Shown: positions 29,091-48,707 of the stretch, piece after piece | Layout: the number at the start of each line of letters is the position of its first letter | Position numbering within the stretch: the stretch's first letter is position 1 | Origin: the human T2T-CHM13v2.0 reference genome, Homo sapiens | DNA: 64,000 nt | Direction: 5' to 3' (one strand) | NCBI RefSeq assembly: GCF_009914755.1 | Contig: NC_060942.1 | Made by a program: the position numbers and the translations under genes | Notes under the pieces: generated by a model | Seen by the model: the letters and a program-made list of their open reading frames with translations, nothing else | Told to the model about the DNA's origin: nothing | The model's database searches: none

Positions 29091-30799
29091 TAGAGAATTC
29101 TAAATAGTAAATGAAGAATTTCTAATTCTTCCAGAAAGACTGAAAGCTCTATCACACCTAATAAATTCAGAAAGACTGAAAGAATTAGACATTCGCAACT
29201 TTGCAACCTGATGAAATGATGGGTCTAAGTAACTATTATTAGTGAATAATGTGACATTATTTGTCTCCTAATGTGATGCAACAGAAATGCACAACCAACA
29301 ATCAATAAAACATTCCTTGGGAATCACATCATGAGGGCTGAATTAGCCAAATGAAATTAGACAAATTCTAAAATCCATGTGACACAGTCTTCTCAACAAA
29401 TAAACTGCATGGGAAAAAAGGGGGGGCACTTAAGAGACCTGTTTATCAAAAGTCATGTGTGGACATTGTTGGATTCTATTTTGAAGACTAACTATACAGA
29501 CATTTTTGAGGAAATCTGGGCTACTGAACATGGACTGGGCTTCAGATAACCAAGAGTCATAGTTAACTTTTTTAGGTGTGATAGAGCTTTTATGATTATA
29601 TTAAAATTTTAATATAGGTCATGATTTTTCTACTAAAACAGCAAAACAGAAAACATTTTACACAAAAACAGCTCTGCTCCAGCCAAACACCATCGAAAAA
29701 ATCTTCTGCCACACCCATACCAGCAAAGAAAACGGTAAGCCTAGACTTCCACCCTCACAGTACTGTAATGAGCCCAACATCCCTACCAGAGCAGTGTCAG
29801 AGAAAGCAAAGTAGGGAACCTAGACTTCCAATCCCACTCAGCAATAAAGAAACACTCCCCACTGGGCTGTATCACAGGAGGCCTAGTGGAACAACAGGAC
29901 TTTCACCATGGTACAGCAATAATGGGACCATATACTCCTTCTCCCCTCCCCACGGTGTCAGTGGAGACCTACTGGAAAGCCAGAACTTCTACTTGCACAC
30001 AACAGTACCAGAGTACCTCCTTCTCCTGATGGGGCAGTGTCAGAGAAACCCAGTTAAGATTAAGTAAAATCTACCATCTTGGCTAAGCACAGTGGCACAT
30101 GCCTGTAATCTCAGCACTATACGGAGGCCGGGGTGGGTGGATTGCTTGAGGTCAGGAGTTCAAGGCCAGCCCGGGGCAACATGGTGAAACCCCGTCTTCA
30201 CAGAAAAAAAAAAACAAAATCAGCCAGGCGTGGTGACACACACCTGTAATCCCAGGTATTCAGGAGGCTGAGGTGGGAGGACTGCTGAGCCTAAGAGATC
30301 AAGGCTGCAGTGAGCCACGATGGTGCCACCGCACTTCAGCCTGGGTGACAGTGAGAGCCCATCTGAAAAAAAAAAACCTAGAGTCTCATAACATAACCTC
30401 CCAAAATCCATGCATCCACTAAAAAAAAAAAAAATCACCCCATATCAAGAACCAGGAAGATCTGAAACAGAATGGGGAAAAAACCATCAACAGATCCCAA
30501 CACAAAGTAGAGATGTTAAAATGATCTTACAAAGACTTTAAAGCAGCCACCAAGGCTGGGCAACATAGTGAGACCCCATCTCTACAAAAATAAAAATTAA
30601 AAAATTAGACAGGCATGGTGGCTCATACCTGTAGTCCCAGCTATTCAGGAGGCTCGCTTGAGCCCAGAGGTTGGAGGTTACAGTGAGCTGCGATCACATC
30701 ACCATACTCCAGCCTGGGCAACAGAGCAAGACCCTGTCTCGAAATAAATAAATAAATAAATAAATAAATAAAGCAAGAGCCATCATAAAAATCCTTTAA

Positions 30800-32671
<1,872 letters not shown>

Positions 32672-34380
32672 TGATCCACCCACCTCCCTCGGCCTCCCAA
32701 AGTGCTGGGATTACAGGCATGAGCCACCATGCCCTCCCATGGATTATTTTTACAAGGAAAAAATGCACACACACAAAAATGTACTCAAGGATCAAGATTT
32801 AACAAAATTGGCCATTTTTACTACTTTTAATGTGCACATTAGGAGAAACTAATTTCTTTTTTAAACTGTGTGTGGCATTAAAAATACAGTTGACTTCTGA
32901 ATAACACAGGTGTTACAGGCACCAACCCATCACACAATCAAAAACCTGCATATAATTTTTGACCCCCCCCACCAAAAAACTTAGGGAGTTGGTGGTCTTG
33001 CTGCATAAGGAAGAAAATTCATGTATACATGGACCCACAAAGGTCAGACCTATCAATGTGACTACTCTAGGTGTCTCATATAAGTAGAATCATACAATTT
33101 GTTCTTTTGTGACTAGTTTAATTCACTTAGCATAATGTTTTTGAGGTACATCTGTGTTGTAGCATGTGTCAGAATATCCTTTCTTTTTAAGGCTGAATGA
33201 TTCTGCTGTATGTATACACTACATTATGTTTATTCATTTATCTGTTGTTGGACACTTGGGTTGCTTTCACCTTTTGGCTGTTGTGAATAATGCTGCTGTG
33301 GAACATTGGAATTATGGGTGTGCATATATCTGTTTGAGTCCTGGCTTTATTCTTTAGGAGTTTATACTCAGGTGGAATTACTGAATCACGGTAATAGTAT
33401 GTTTAAATTTTTTAGAAACTGCCATACAGTTTTCTATAGCAGCTGCACCATTTTATATTCTGACCAGCAATGTGCCAGGGTTCTTGTTTTGACATCCTCA
33501 CTAACATTTGTTATTTTCTGTTTTTTGATAATAGCCATTCTAATGGATATGAAGTGGTCTCTGCTTGTGCTTTTGATGTGCATAGAGACAGAAAATAAAA
33601 GGGTTGTTGGGGGAGAAGAAAATGGGGAGTTAATGTTTAATGGATACAAAGTTTCAGTTTGGGAAAATGGAAAAAAGTTCTGGAGATAATGATGAGTGCT
33701 ACACAACTGAATGTACTTAACGCCACCGAACTGTACAAGAAAAAAGGTTGAAATTGTAAATTCTGTTATACATATTTATAAAAAAAAAAAAACAGGGTCT
33801 CACTCTGTCACCCAGGCGGGAGTGCAGTGGCACAGTCATGGCTCACCACAGCCTCAACCTCCTGAGTTGGGGATCCTCCAACCTCAGAGTATGTTGTTCA
33901 ATGGAAAACTGTGCAATGATTACAAGTACAGTTTGCCTTAATTAATGATTAGGTGCTACTGGTTTTCACCCGCCTTTGCTTTTGTATCATCAAGATGTGT
34001 GTCATATATGGATTGCAAATCATTAAACTTCTCAGAGACTAATAGCCAGAATATACATAAAAAAAAAACTACACTTCAACAAAAAACAACTCAATTCAAA
34101 ACAGGCAAACTGCTTGAATAGACATTTATCCAAAAAAGATATACAGATAGTCAATAAGTACATGAAACTATGCTCACCATTATTAGTCATTAGGGAGTAG
34201 CTGAAACTACAGGCACACACTACCACAACCAGCTAATTTTTGTATTTTTTTTTTTTTTGTAGAGACAGGGTTTCACCATGCTGCCCAGGCTGGTCTCAAA
34301 CTCCTGGGCTCAAGCAATCCAACCACCTCAGCTTCCAAAAGTGTTGGGATTACAGGTGTGAGCTACCACACCAGAATCAA

Positions 34381-34408
<28 letters not shown>

Positions 34409-34413
<5 letters not shown>

Positions 34414-34756
34414 ACTGCTTTTAATGTGCACATTAGGTAAAACTGATTTTTTTTTTAACTGTGGGTGTGTGGCATTAAAAATACAGTTGACTTTTGAATA
34501 ACACAGGTGTTACAGGCACCAACCCATCACACAATCAAAAACCTGCATATAATTTTTGACCCTCCCAAAACTTAGGGAGTTGGTGGTCTTGCTGTGTATG
34601 GAAGAAAATTCATGTATACATGGACCCACAAAGGTCAGACCTATGTTGTTCAATGGAAAACTGTACAATGATTACTAGTACAGTTTGCCTTAATTAATGA
34701 TTAGGTGCTACTGGTTTTCACCCACCTATGCTTTTATATCATCAAGACGTGCGTCA
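34409..34756 (+). repeat. Intact copy of a ~345-bp local duplication containing a short Tigger2-like element; the second copy is split at 32815-33053 and 33890-34004
   Basis: Reading the copies side by side shows long identical runs, e.g. gaataacacaggtgttacaggcaccaacccatcacacaatcaaaaacctgcatataatttttgac. Confidence 0.93.
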
Positions 34757-35279
34757 ATATAGCAAGTAAGGACAAAAAAGCCTAAGTAGTAGTATCAAAA
34801 TCATTTGACCTTTTGGACCCATATAACCCCCTAAAAGGGTCTTGGTGATCCACAGGGGTCTGTTGACCATATTTTAAAGACTACTGCTCTAAAAAGGGTT
34901 AAGTATGAAAAGGGTGGAACAATATAATAGACTAAAAAGGCTGGAAATTTTTCAGGTCTTTCTCAACCAAGAAAATATAACTGGGGGTTCATTATTTGGC
35001 TCAAGATACCAGAAGTTCCTAAATCATACACTAGTTCTAAAAGAAAAAAACAAATATTCTCTAATACCCCTTCCAATTCTAAAACCCTCAGATTCTACAC
35101 ACTTTCCAACATTCATTCAGTAACTCATTCAACACATAGTTATTGTGTCTATTGTATGCTAGGTTCTGAGGGAATAAAGAAGTAAGTTCAGTCCTCCAAT
35201 AATAAGAAATTCAACACATTATTATAGATAAATGCTATAATAACAACAGTTAAAAGTACATGACACCATGGATAATGTC

Positions 35280-36311
<1,032 letters not shown>

Positions 36312-36699
36312 TAGTAGAGACTGGGTCTTACCATGTTGGCCAGGCTGGTCTTGAGCTCCTGACCTCGTGATCCACCCGCCTCGGCCTCCCAAAGTGCTGG
36401 GATTACAGATGTGAGCCACCACACCCAACCTCAATTCAAATTTAAGAGGTTAACTGAAATTATAAATTTAAATTTTTAAAGTTTAAATTAAAAAAAAAGT
36501 TTTAAAGAACCCATCTCAAAAAACAGAACTAGGGATGATTGGTGGGTGAACAATTAATTCTTCCCAGGAGAGACTATAAAAACCTGCAGAGAGGAGTTGT
36601 CATGAGAGTCTGGAGACTAGGGGATAGAGGAGAAATAGAGAAAAGAAAAAGTATATAAAAGCACACAGACACATTAAAGTACAAGATACTTACATCATT

Positions 36700-37255
36700 T
36701 ATAAAACTGAAATGAATCTCACATACCATAAATTTAACCACTTTAAAGCATACAATTCAGGGGTTTTTAGTGCATTTGTAAGGTTATGTAACCATTACCT
36801 CCATCTAGTTCCAAAATATTTTCAGCACCTCCAAAGACAAGCCCACACCCATTAAGTAGTTATTCCCCATTCCTCTCTTCACTGTAGCCCCCGGAGTATT
36901 ATGGATTTACCTATTCTAGATATTTCATATATTATGGAATTACATGAAAATACGTGACTTTTTGTGTCTGCCGCCTTCTGCTTTGCATGTTTCTGAGGTT
37001 GCTCCACACTGTAGAATGTATCAGTACTTCATTCCTTTTTATAGCTGAATATAATATTCCAGCGTGTGGATATACCATATTTATTTATCCATTCATCTGC
37101 TGATGAACATGCAGGTTGTTTCAATCGTTTGGTCACTATGAACAGTCCTATTATGAGAATTCTTATAAAGTATTTGTTTGAATATTTGTTTTCAAGTCTC
37201 GTAAACATATACCTAGGAGTGAAATTACTGGGTCATATAGTAATTCTATGTTAAC
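36700..37255 (-). mobile_element. L1M 3' end fragment
   Basis: tttatccattcatctgctgatgaacat...cctaggagtgaaattactgggtcatatagtaattctatgtt. Confidence 0.8.
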
Positions 37256-37739
37256 ATGAGTAAGGAGGACAGCTAGTAGGTAAATGAGATTAGACACAAG
37301 GAGATCCGCTGGGAGGCTACTACAAGAATGTTAGTAAATATGAGAACCTAGGCAGTGGGGTGAAAAAGGAAAAGGGAGATGCTGCCAAAAACAACAACAA
37401 AAAAAGCTGAAGGTGAGAAAACTATGAAGGAAGGGGTTGAAACAATCTTGAAGTTCTGAGCATAGGCAACTAGAAGATTAGTAATGCCTTTCACTGAAAT
37501 AGGAAAGGCAGAGCAACAGGGAAGAGGAATGGGAATGGGGGAAGATGACAAAAAAGGGTTTATGTGCACAATGAGTTTGGGATGTTTAGGAAATGCCATT
37601 CAGTGACACTGAGACTGGGGCTACAAAAAAAGATCATCAAGTCATCAGCATATTTATGACAGAAAGTAAAAACACCATATAAAGCATCAAATTATACACC
37701 CACACTAATTGATTTACCGATTAAATGCTAGTAAATCTA

Positions 37740-37937
<198 letters not shown>

Positions 37938-38074
37938 TCACGAACCAGGGAGGCAGAGGTTGCAGTGAGCAGAGGTGATGCCACTGCACTCCAGCCTGGG
38001 CAACAGAGCGAGACTCCATCTCAAAATAAGTAAGTAAGTAAATAAATAAAATGTTAGTAAATCTAGATGAAGTG

Positions 38075-38655
38075 CTCAGATTACTTTTACTTGGGGATCT
38101 CCAAAGAAATAGAACCAATAGGACAGAGAGAGAGGGAGAGAGAGAAATATTGACTGATAATAAGGAATTGGCCATGGGAAATCTGGAGGCTGACAAGTCC
38201 CACGATCTGCAGTTCAGACTGCAGGAGAGCCTAGAGACCCAGGGGAGCCAATGGAGTAGTTCCAGTCCAAGTCCAAAGGCCTTAGAACCAGGACTACCAA
38301 TGGTGTAGTTCAAGTCTGAAGGCTGGCAAACTGGAGACCTGGAAGAGCAGCCAATACTTCAGTTTGAGTCCAAAGGCAGGAGAAAAAAAGAAAGAAAAAA
38401 AAAAAGTCCCAGCTCAAAGGCAGTCAGCAGAAGTTCTCTCTTATTCACTGAAGAATCAACCTTTTCGTTCTATTTATGTCTTCAACTGGCTGGATAAGGC
38501 ATACTTACACTAGGGAGGGCATCTGTTTTTCTCAGTCTGATTTAAATGTTCATCTCATCCAGAAAACACCTCCACACACATATCCAGAAATGGCTGGCTG
38601 AATGTCTGGACATCCTGTTGCCCAGTCAAGTTGACACAGAAAATTAACCATCACA
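38075..38655 (-). mobile_element. MLT2 (ERVL) solo LTR
   Basis: Ends ccagtcaagttgacacagaaaattaaccatcaca, the reverse complement of the MLT2 5' end. Confidence 0.8.
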
Positions 38656-39838
38656 AATGCTGTTCAAGATAATACCTCATGATATTCAACTAAGAAAAGT
38701 GAAATTTTTTGATAGTTTGGCAAAAATACTGTCCTTGACAAAAATGATTTGCTAGATTAAATGTCTAAGGTATTTTTAAACTATACTCTGAAGCAAAATG
38801 ATGTTCCTTTAACTGGACCAAAGTGTGCCATCACAAAAATCAATCAATACAAATCATTTCCCAACTTAGAGAAAAACTAATTGATGTTTTCAGTTTTAAG
38901 TCTTTTTTCATAATGCAACTTAATCCTTCAATACTTCCTTCTATTAGCCTGTACGAGAATCAAGTAAGATACATTTAGCACAAAGTTAGACAATTATTTC
39001 AAACTTACATGTGCATTTCATGATACTCTTTAGAGATTTTTTACAAAGCATCATGAAGTGACATCTGAAAATCACTTAAACAAATACACATTTAAAATAA
39101 GACTGCACAGTTCTCAGCCTGACATTTGCCATTATAAAGACGTACATTCTTTCAGATACCGTAACAAATTAAAGTGATAATTCCAGAAATATCAAAAAAT
39201 TTGTTCTTATAAATAACAAATTGATTCTAGAATTTATATAGAGAAACAAAATAAGAATACACAAGAAAACTCTGAAACAGGGAAGAGTAATTGCTGAAGG
39301 GAAAAAAGCATGTCTGAGAGGGTGGATGTCCTATCAGACATGAAAACATAATAAAGAGTATAACAGTGCAACATGAGTGGACAGATCAATGCAACAGAAT
39401 GAGAATGAAAATACACCCAGATACACAGAAAAACTTAAGGTAGCATTTCAAATGGGTAGAGGTAAAAATGAACTTTTCACAAAATTGTGTGATACACTAA
39501 TGCCTAGCACTTCTATCAAGGTCTCTTAAATCATCACCTGAAACCATTAAGAAAATACTAGAATATTTACTAACAAACATAAATTTATAAATTTTAATAG
39601 AAAAATTTTAATAGAAAAAACTGACATCCTAAACTTTCATCAACAGAATAACAATTATGTAAATTTTGGCACATCCATAAAATGAAATACAATGCAATCA
39701 TTTTTTAAAATGAAGCAATGCCATTAAACTGTTAACAGACTGATTCTGGGTAGAGAAATGGTTAAGGAGGGAATAGGAATGGAAAGAACCCATATAACAT
39801 TCTTTACAGCCTTTTGGGTTTTTGTGTTTTTTTTTTGA

Positions 39839-40027
<189 letters not shown>

Positions 40028-40583
40028 TAGGCTGGTCTTGAACTCCTGACCTCAAGTGATCTGCCCACTTCGGCCTCCCAAAGTGCTGGGATTACAGGTG
40101 TGAGCCACCATGCCCAGCCTTTTTTGCCTTTTAAATTTCATATTATTTGCATATTACCTACTAAATAAGTATTTTTAGAAATACACCTGGAAAATCCAAG
40201 CATTCAACGTAAGTATGGTAAACCATTTTGTTAAAAAAAAATTACCAGTTATTACAGATACAAAGAAGAAAAAGCTATAAAAAGGAGAACAAGATGAACA
40301 GGCACCTTAGAACAGCCACAAGTTATGCAAGAGAACCAAAATGACCAAAAAGCTCAGATGACAGCAAGGTGACTAAATAAATAATTCATCATTATAGTCC
40401 TTCTATTTTTCTTTTTTCTGTATAATCCTCTTAATACATTTTAACAAACAAAAATAAATAAAAAAGGTGAGGCATGATGCTGACATCTATAATCCCAGCA
40501 CGTTGGGAGGCCAAGACAGGAGGATCATCTGAGCCCAGGAGTTCGAGACCAGCCTCAGCAACACAGCTAGACCCTGTTTCTAC

Positions 40584-40615
<32 letters not shown>

Positions 40616-40853
40616 GCCAGTCATGGTAGCATGCACCTGTGGTCCTAGCTACTCAGGAGGATTGATTGAGCCTGGGAGGTTGGGGCTGCAGTGGGCCTTG
40701 ATTGGCCACCACACTCCAGCCTGGGCAACAGAGCCAAACCCTGTCTCTCAAAAAACAAGAACAACAACAACAAACATATATATATATCACACACACACAC
40801 ACATACACACACCTTAAGTCACTTATTTTCAGACATAAAACACTAAACGTTTA

Positions 40854-41060
<207 letters not shown>

Positions 41061-42244
41061 TTAAGCCCAGGAGGCAGAGGTTGCTGTGAGTTGAGATCAT
41101 GCCACTGCACTCTAGCCTGGGTGAGAGAGTAAGACCCTGTCTCAAAAAAATAAATAAATAAATAAAAGTTTATCTAAATGTGTATTATCCTGTCTACCTC
41201 CAGAAAGGACTTATGAACAGAAATGTTCAATTTGAAAAGTCAAATAATGCTGTTCTACATAACACCACATTCAAATGATTACAACAGCTAAAACCTATGT
41301 CTATATTCTTGGTACAGCTCCTAGTAAATTCTACATATACTTCAAATCTTAAACCAAAGGACCCTTCCCTGATTCCATAAACTAGGATAGGTTCCCAATT
41401 ACATTTCTCCTTTGTATTACTGTGCAGTTACTAGTTTGGCAAAGTCCATTTGCCTGGCTGATATGTAAGCTCCATGAACACAGCTGTATGTCCCTTTATC
41501 TGCTCAATCATCCTTGTTCACTAAGACAGTAAGGAGGTCAACAAGTATTTCTTGAATAAAGAAACCTAATAGAAGAAACTTCTTGTATTTTTTGTGACAG
41601 GGTCTCACTCTGTTGCCCAGGCCAGACTGCACTGGTCAGATCATGGCTCATTGCAACCTCTGCCTCCAGACTCAAGCAATCCTCCTACCTCAGCCTCCTG
41701 GGTAGCTGGGACTACAGTCATGCACCACCACACCCTGTTAATTTTTGTATTTTTAGTAGAGACAGGGTTTTGCCACGTTACCCAGGCTGGTCTCAAACTC
41801 CTGGCCTCAAACAATCCACCCGCCTCAGCCTCCCAAAGTGCTGGCTGGGATTACAGGCATGAGCCACTGCGCCCGGCCAGAAAACCAACAGAAGAAACTT
41901 CTACTTGTACATTTTGAATGAAAAATTTATTTTATCAAGAAAAAAAGCCTGTAAAATTACAGATTGTTTGTTTAATGTAGGAACACACTTTTATTTTTAT
42001 AAGAAATGTAGAGATAATTTGTTGAATCAGATGTAAAAACATCAAATCAACAACTTTTTTTAAAAAACCTTAACGTCACAGGAAAGAGAACCTAAATAAA
42101 ATTACGTTACGGGCCAAAGGGAAATTTTATAAATTCAGTTTCTGCTTTTCTGGGGAATTAATATTTTAGAGGGATATGTCTGCTTAAGGCAAAGCAATGT
42201 ATCCTAGTCTCTTGATCTAATTATCAATATTCAGAAAATGGTCC

Positions 42245-43180
<936 letters not shown>

Positions 43181-43681
43181 AGAATAAGAATTTCTTTGGA
43201 ACAACCAATTTGATTTTTTCAAAGAATACATTTAAAATAAAAGACAGATGGCACCCATAGATGTAAAGGAACTTTATTTACATAGTAATCAATTGCAATA
43301 AATGAACTTTACTTGGATCCTGATTCAAACAAATGGCTTCTAAAAAAGTGAAATGATCACGGAAATAAATACTGGCTCAATAATTGATATCTTAAGAAAT
43401 TAAGTTTTTTTAAGTGTTAAGAAAGACTATAACTATTGAAGCTGCAAGATGACTACATGGGAGTCACCATGTCAGTTTGACAACATTAATCCTTTTAAAT
43501 ATAAGAACTTAGAAGGTGCTAGCATTGTCTACTTACTTTTTCAATTCTAACTCTGAAAGAGAAACAAGTAACAGTATCAGACAATATAAAAGCCACTGAA
43601 CTGTCAATTTAAAACAGACTCTCTTCATTTTTAGGATTTATATTGCTATATATTTTTAAAGCAAATGAAAAATGTTCTTTT

Positions 43682-43980
43682 GGCCGGGTGTGGTGGCTCG
43701 CGCTTGTAATCCCAGCACTTTGGGAGGCCAAGGTGGGCGGATCACGAGGTCAGGAGATCGAGACCATCCTGACTAACACGGTAAAACCCCCATCTCTACT
43801 AAAAATACAAAAAAATTAGCCAGGCATGGTGGCGGGCGCCTATAGTCCCAGCTACTTGGGAGGCTGAGACAGGAGAATGGCATGAACCCGGGAAGGTGGA
43901 GGTTGCAGTGAACCGAGATCGCGCCACTGCACTCCAGCCTGGGCAACAAAGCGAGACTCTGTCTCAAAAAAAATAAAAAA
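43682..43980 (+). mobile_element. AluY
   Basis: gagatcgagaccatcctg; TSD GAAAAATGTTCTTT. Confidence 0.9.
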
Positions 43981-45199
43981 GAAAAATGTTCTTTCACTTC
44001 TCCATTTTTCTAAAACCAAATTAATAAGAACAGCCAAGAATATACAGTACTTATTTTAGCACATCTTACAAGTTTAAGCCGTATTAGTGAATACGAATGT
44101 TAATTCAACGAATATTTAAAAACTTTCATCAAACGCAGTATGCTGGGGAGCTAAAAATTGAAATAGGTAAACAACCTGAAGGAGCCCACTATCTACTTCA
44201 CAACCAATATGTAACCCCCCAACCTATAATACAATATAAAATGGTAATTAGTTCCCTGAAAGATATCTAACATAGCTTATTGAAAAAGTGATGATTTCAA
44301 CAAATGATTACAAATAGGAGGAAAATCTAAACCTTAAATAATGTATTATTTTAATTGTTGCCAACCCTAGAAAAAATAAGCCCAGCATGGTAGTGTGCAC
44401 CTGTAGTCCCAGCTACTCGGGAGGCTGAGGCAGGAAGATCACCTGAGCCCAAGAGTTCAAGAGCAGCCTCGGCAACATAGTGAGACACTGTCTCATAAAA
44501 AAAAAAAAATTTAGGAAACAAAGTTAACAGGCATTCAAAGGCTGACCATTTCCAGGTTTGGCTCTTTGCATCCAAAGCTATGTATCACCTCAGCACTTTC
44601 ACATATTCCCAGTGGCTGCAGGCCCAAGCCCCCCTACCCCCGCAACTTGTTCAAAGAGGTCTTTTATTAAACGTCACCTTGCAGAGATGATTTCCCTCTA
44701 ACTAAAGATTTCCTCCTTCAAAGAACTAAACACGAAATTTATATTTAAAATTTTTTGTTTATTGGTTGCCCTTACCACAAGACTATAAATTCTGAGGGCA
44801 GGGATAAACTGTTTTCCCTTTGTTTTCTTTACCATTGTAATACACAATCAATAAATACAGGGTGAGTAAACATACTTTAAGGGGTTGAGGCACTTACAGT
44901 TTTGTTAAGACACCAATATAACATAAAAGAGGCTGGTACAAAGGATACAATCACTAGACTAGGGAAGGCAGTGACCTTCACCAACTACAAAGAATTTCCT
45001 CCTATCTATCTTGTTTTGTACAGCTCTTATAGAGATCTTTCAGCGAGTGTGTGTAGAAAAGAGCCCAAATGTTAGTGTTGGTTTCTAAGTTCAGGTATGT
45101 TCATGGTCAATATTTCTACAGAAATGAATATAAATTAATGATGTATATTAAGTTTTAAAATTTAGCCTAGTATTGACTGAGACATTTACAGTTTAAAAC

Positions 45200-46495
<1,296 letters not shown>

Positions 46496-47606
46496 AAATG
46501 GTCACTTACATTTTTGGTTACACTTTACTGCATTTATCAGGAAAATTGTATGCCATTTTGGTCTTCACAAAGGCCTTGAAGTTTATCCCTCCAAACAGAA
46601 ACTCTTTCTTTAAAGGAGACAAAGATAAGGAAGGTAGGAAAAGAAGGGAAACCTTCATAACTGAATGGCTACCATTATCTAACATATATAATTTTACTTA
46701 TTCATTCTTATATTTTTTTGTTTGTTTGTTTTCTGAGACAGGGCCTTGCTCTGTCGCCCAGGTTGGAGTGCAGTGGCGCACTTGGCTCACTGCAGCCTAA
46801 ACCTCTTGGGCTCAAGTGACCCCCCAACCTCAGCCTCCTTAGGCCTGCGCCATCATGCCCAGCTAATTTTGGTATTTTCTGTAGAGACAGGGTTTTGCCA
46901 TGTTGACCACGCTGGTCTCGAACACCTGAGCTCTGGCAATCCACTTCCCTCAGCCTCCTAAAGTGCTGGGATTACAGGCATGAGCCACAGTACCCAGCTC
47001 ATTCTTTTATTTTAAACAGTAGCTTCTCCCACTCTCACATTTTTGTCTTTACACACTTTGAGAAACTAAAGAATGCCTAGCTTAACACAAAATGTTCAAC
47101 TAATTTTCTTTAGTTTGTTGTAATATACTTTCAAGATTGATCGATTCCTTTCATAATTATTCTGCAGAAATAATGTGATTCAAGATATGGTAAAATAACT
47201 AAAAGAATGTCTGGTACTCAGTAACTGATTGCCATTATCATTAAACTACAGGAGATGAGAATCCTGAAGTTGATGAGCAAAACTGCAGGAAAGGGGAAGG
47301 ACACAAAGGCTACACCCTGCAAAAGCAGTCATCTGTCAAGAAAAGGAAACCCTTGGCAGAGTAGCCCAGGCTAATATGAGGATTAAAGCGGCAGCGGTAT
47401 GTTCATCAGCATCACCGTTACTATCAACACTATCATCACTACCACCCTCCTCCTAAAGCATCTTTTTATATGCTTTAACGTTTTCCACTTATGAAACACT
47501 TAAACATATGGAAACATCACAAACCTTGCTAAAAGCACATCTTACAATTTTACCACATTTGCACCATTTTCTTAAATACATTAAATATTAGATAGCTTTC
47601 TCCTAT

Positions 47607-48707
47607 TGAGAGGTGACAACGTCCTAGCAGCCCTTGCTCGCTCTCGGCGCCTCCTCGGCCTCGGCGTCTGCTCTGGCCGTGCTCAAGGAGCCCTTCAGCC
47701 CGCTGCTGCACTGTGGGAGCCCCTCTCTGCGGCTGGCAGAGGCCGGAGCCGGCTCCATCTGCTCTCAGGGAGGTGTAGAGAGAGAGGCGCCGGCAGGAGC
47801 CTGGGCTACGCGCGGTTCCGGGTGGGTGCCTGCTGGGCTTGATGGGGGACGAGCTCCCTCTGGGCTGCTAGAGTGCCCAAGCTAGGTGCCGCAAAGTCCC
47901 GCGGCGAGTGCCATTGAGAGGTGAAGCCAGCTGGGCTTCTGGGTCAGGTGGGGACTTGGAAAACTTTTCTGTCTAGCTAAAGGATTGTAAACGCACCAAT
48001 CACCACTCTGTGTCTAGCTCAAGGTTTGTAAACGCACCAATCAGTGCTCTGTGCCTAGCTAGAGGTTTGTAAACACACCAATCAGCACTCTGTGTCTAGC
48101 TAAAAGTTTGTAAATGCAACAATCAGTGCTGTGTGTCTCGCTAAAGGATCATAAAACGCACCAATCAGCACTCTGTCAAAACGGACCAATCAGCTCTCTG
48201 TAAAATGGACCAATCAGCAGGACGTGGCTGGGGCCAGATAAGAGAATAAAAGCAGGCCACCCAAACCAGCAGCAACAACCCGCTTGCGTCCACTTCCCTG
48301 CTGTTGAAGATTTGTTCTTTCACTCTTCACAATAAATCTTGCTGCTGCTCACTCTTTGGGTCCCTGCCGCCTTTATGAGCTGTAACACTCACCGCGAAGG
48401 TCTGCAGCTTCACTCCTGAAGCCAGCGAGACCACGAATCCACCGAGAGGGACCAACAACTCCGGATGGAAGGAACAACTCCAGACGCACTGCCTTTAAGA
48501 GCTGTAACACTCACAGTGAAGGTCTGCAGCTTCACTCCTGAAGCCAGCGAGACCACAAACCCATCAGAAGAAAGAAACTCCAGACATGTCTGAACATCAG
48601 AATGAACAAACTCCGGACACACCATCTTTAAGAACTATAACACCGCGAGGGTCCACAGCTTCATTCTTGAAGTCAGCGAGACCAAGAACCCACCAATTCT
48701 GGACACA
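47607..48707 (+). mobile_element. Solo LTR12 (ERV9), antisense to RPRD1A
   Basis: TGAGAGGTGAC...GGACACA with 4-bp TSD CTAT (47603-47606 and 48708-48711); ~41-bp CCAAT repeats; TATA-like AATAAAA at 48245. Confidence 0.95.

Noticed and set aside
29621-30067. 148-aa ORF
   Set aside because: No recognisable homology or splice context; the region looks like an old L1 5' region.
47960-48225. Regularly spaced ~41-bp repeats that could look CRISPR-like
   Set aside because: These are the tandem CCAAT enhancer repeats of LTR12; there are no unique spacers and the context is eukaryotic.
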